The notes beneath the pieces are model-generated. The model saw only the letters and a program-made list of their open reading frames with translations, searched no databases and was not told where the DNA came from. The translations under genes were made by a program, and so were the position numbers. 64,000 bases of DNA from Candidatus Iainarchaeum sp. (lineage in GTDB: Archaea > Micrarchaeota > Micrarchaeia > Anstonellales > Bilamarchaeaceae): positions 2,781-66,780 of the forward strand of contig JAQTME010000005.1 in assembly GCA_028714535.1 (NCBI GenBank). The letters run 5' to 3'. Below, piece after piece: positions 63,161-64,000 of the stretch. The number at the start of each line of letters is the position of its first letter. The stretch's first letter is position 1.

Positions 63161-63823
63161 ATGGAACGGTGCGCATATTTCGGGAACCCCTGGATAGGGA
63201 TGTTCATAAAAACAAACGACAGCGTCACCATGCTGCCCATTGACAGCATGAAAAAGCTCGAGGAGGCCGCCGAGGCCAGCCTTAAGACGAAGATACTGAA
63301 GGTCAGCGCCGGGGGCTCAAACCTCATCGGCGTCTACGTGGCATTGAATTCCAACGGCGCCATACTGCCGAACATCATGAACGAGGCCGAGGTCGCGGAG
63401 ATAAAGAAGGCCGGCCTCAACGTGCACGTCTCGGCGGAGAGGAACAACGCCCACGGCAACAACCTGGCGGTCAACGACAAGGGGGGCATAATCAACCCCT
63501 ACGTGGACCGCGCCGAGGCGAGGAAGATGGAGGACGTGCTCGGCGTGGAGCTCGTGCCCATGGGAATCGGCGGATATACCACGGTCGGAAGTGCGTGCAT
63601 AGCCACGAACACCGGATTCCTGGCGCACTACAAGGCGAGCGAGGACGACATCGCGCGCCTGAAGGGCGCGCTGAAGGTCGACGGCAGCAGGGGCACGGTG
63701 AACACAGGCACGGGATTCGTCGCGTACGGCATCGTGGTCAACAGGAACGGATACATAGCAGGGGACGGGACGACCGCCTTCGAGCTGGGGAGGCTCGAGG
63801 AGGCGCTCGGCCTGATTAAATAG
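63161..63823 (+). CDS. eif6: Translation initiation factor 6
   Basis: GNPWIG, SNLIG, GNNLAVNDKG, TVGS, GTVNTG, TTAFEL. Confidence 0.95.
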   Translation: MERCAYFGNPWIGMFIKTNDSVTMLPIDSMKKLEEAAEASLKTKILKVSAGGSNLIGVYVALNSNGAILPNIMNEAEVAEIKKAGLNVHVSAERNNAHGNNLAVNDKGGIINPYVDRAEARKMEDVLGVELVPMGIGGYTTVGSACIATNTGFLAHYKASEDDIARLKGALKVDGSRGTVNTGTGFVAYGIVVNRNGYIAGDGTTAFELGRLEEALGLIK

Positions 63824-63858
63824 ATTATGCTTGACTAATGGAATGGAGGAAGATTGGC

Positions 63859-64000
63859 ATGAAGTTCACGGTTTCAGGGAAGATATTGCTCGGCTCGGAA
63901 GAGCGCACGTTCGTGAAGGAGATCGAGGCGGCCAGCGAGAACGCCGCCAGGCACAAGGCCTACGGGCTTTTCGGCTCGCAGAACGGCCTGCAGAGGAACA
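63859..64000 (+). CDS. rplX: 50S ribosomal protein LX/L18Ae (partial)
   Basis: KF.VSG...F.KEIEA.SE..A....Y..FGS.NGL.R, in the conserved position after eif6. Confidence 0.85.
   Translation, partial: MKFTVSGKILLGSEERTFVKEIEAASENAARHKAYGLFGSQNGLQRN

Overview
This is a GC-rich archaeal genome segment. The markers are S19e-PDCD5-L39e-L31e-aIF6-LX, fibrillarin, SepF, ScpA, a SAMP/TtuA pair, an archaeal SRP RNA and a BHB-intron tRNA-Glu. The compact gene content and many orphan surface proteins suggest a DPANN lineage, probably Micrarchaeota-like (inference). Housekeeping genes include pyrC, pyrBI, tmk, eno, hppA, SOD, DRG and Dph6. These are interspersed with orphan or paralogous gene clusters. 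A clearly AT-rich island (~37.8-48.8 kb) carries a Hachiman pair (HamA/HamB), a Type III restriction-modification system, a truncated DNA-methyltransferase relic and an unusual membrane-embedded HerA/VirB4-like ATPase fused to a wHTH and a PD-(D/E)xK-like domain. Other highlights: a >1750-aa secreted beta-helix/subtilase protein running off the left edge, and a CDC48-like double-AAA ATPase whose N-domain is replaced by a multi-pass membrane domain. There are also two catalytically degenerate M23-like proteins, a CBS-HPF (HibA-like) hibernation factor and a prephenate dehydrogenase of the fungal Tyr1 type. Smaller elements include an unannotated 39-aa basic peptide resembling the histone H4 tail, orphan exported proteins sharing an N-terminal leader, and a candidate structured ncRNA. 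I found no CRISPR array, transposase, integrase or rRNA. All homology calls come from motif recognition by eye, not from database searches.
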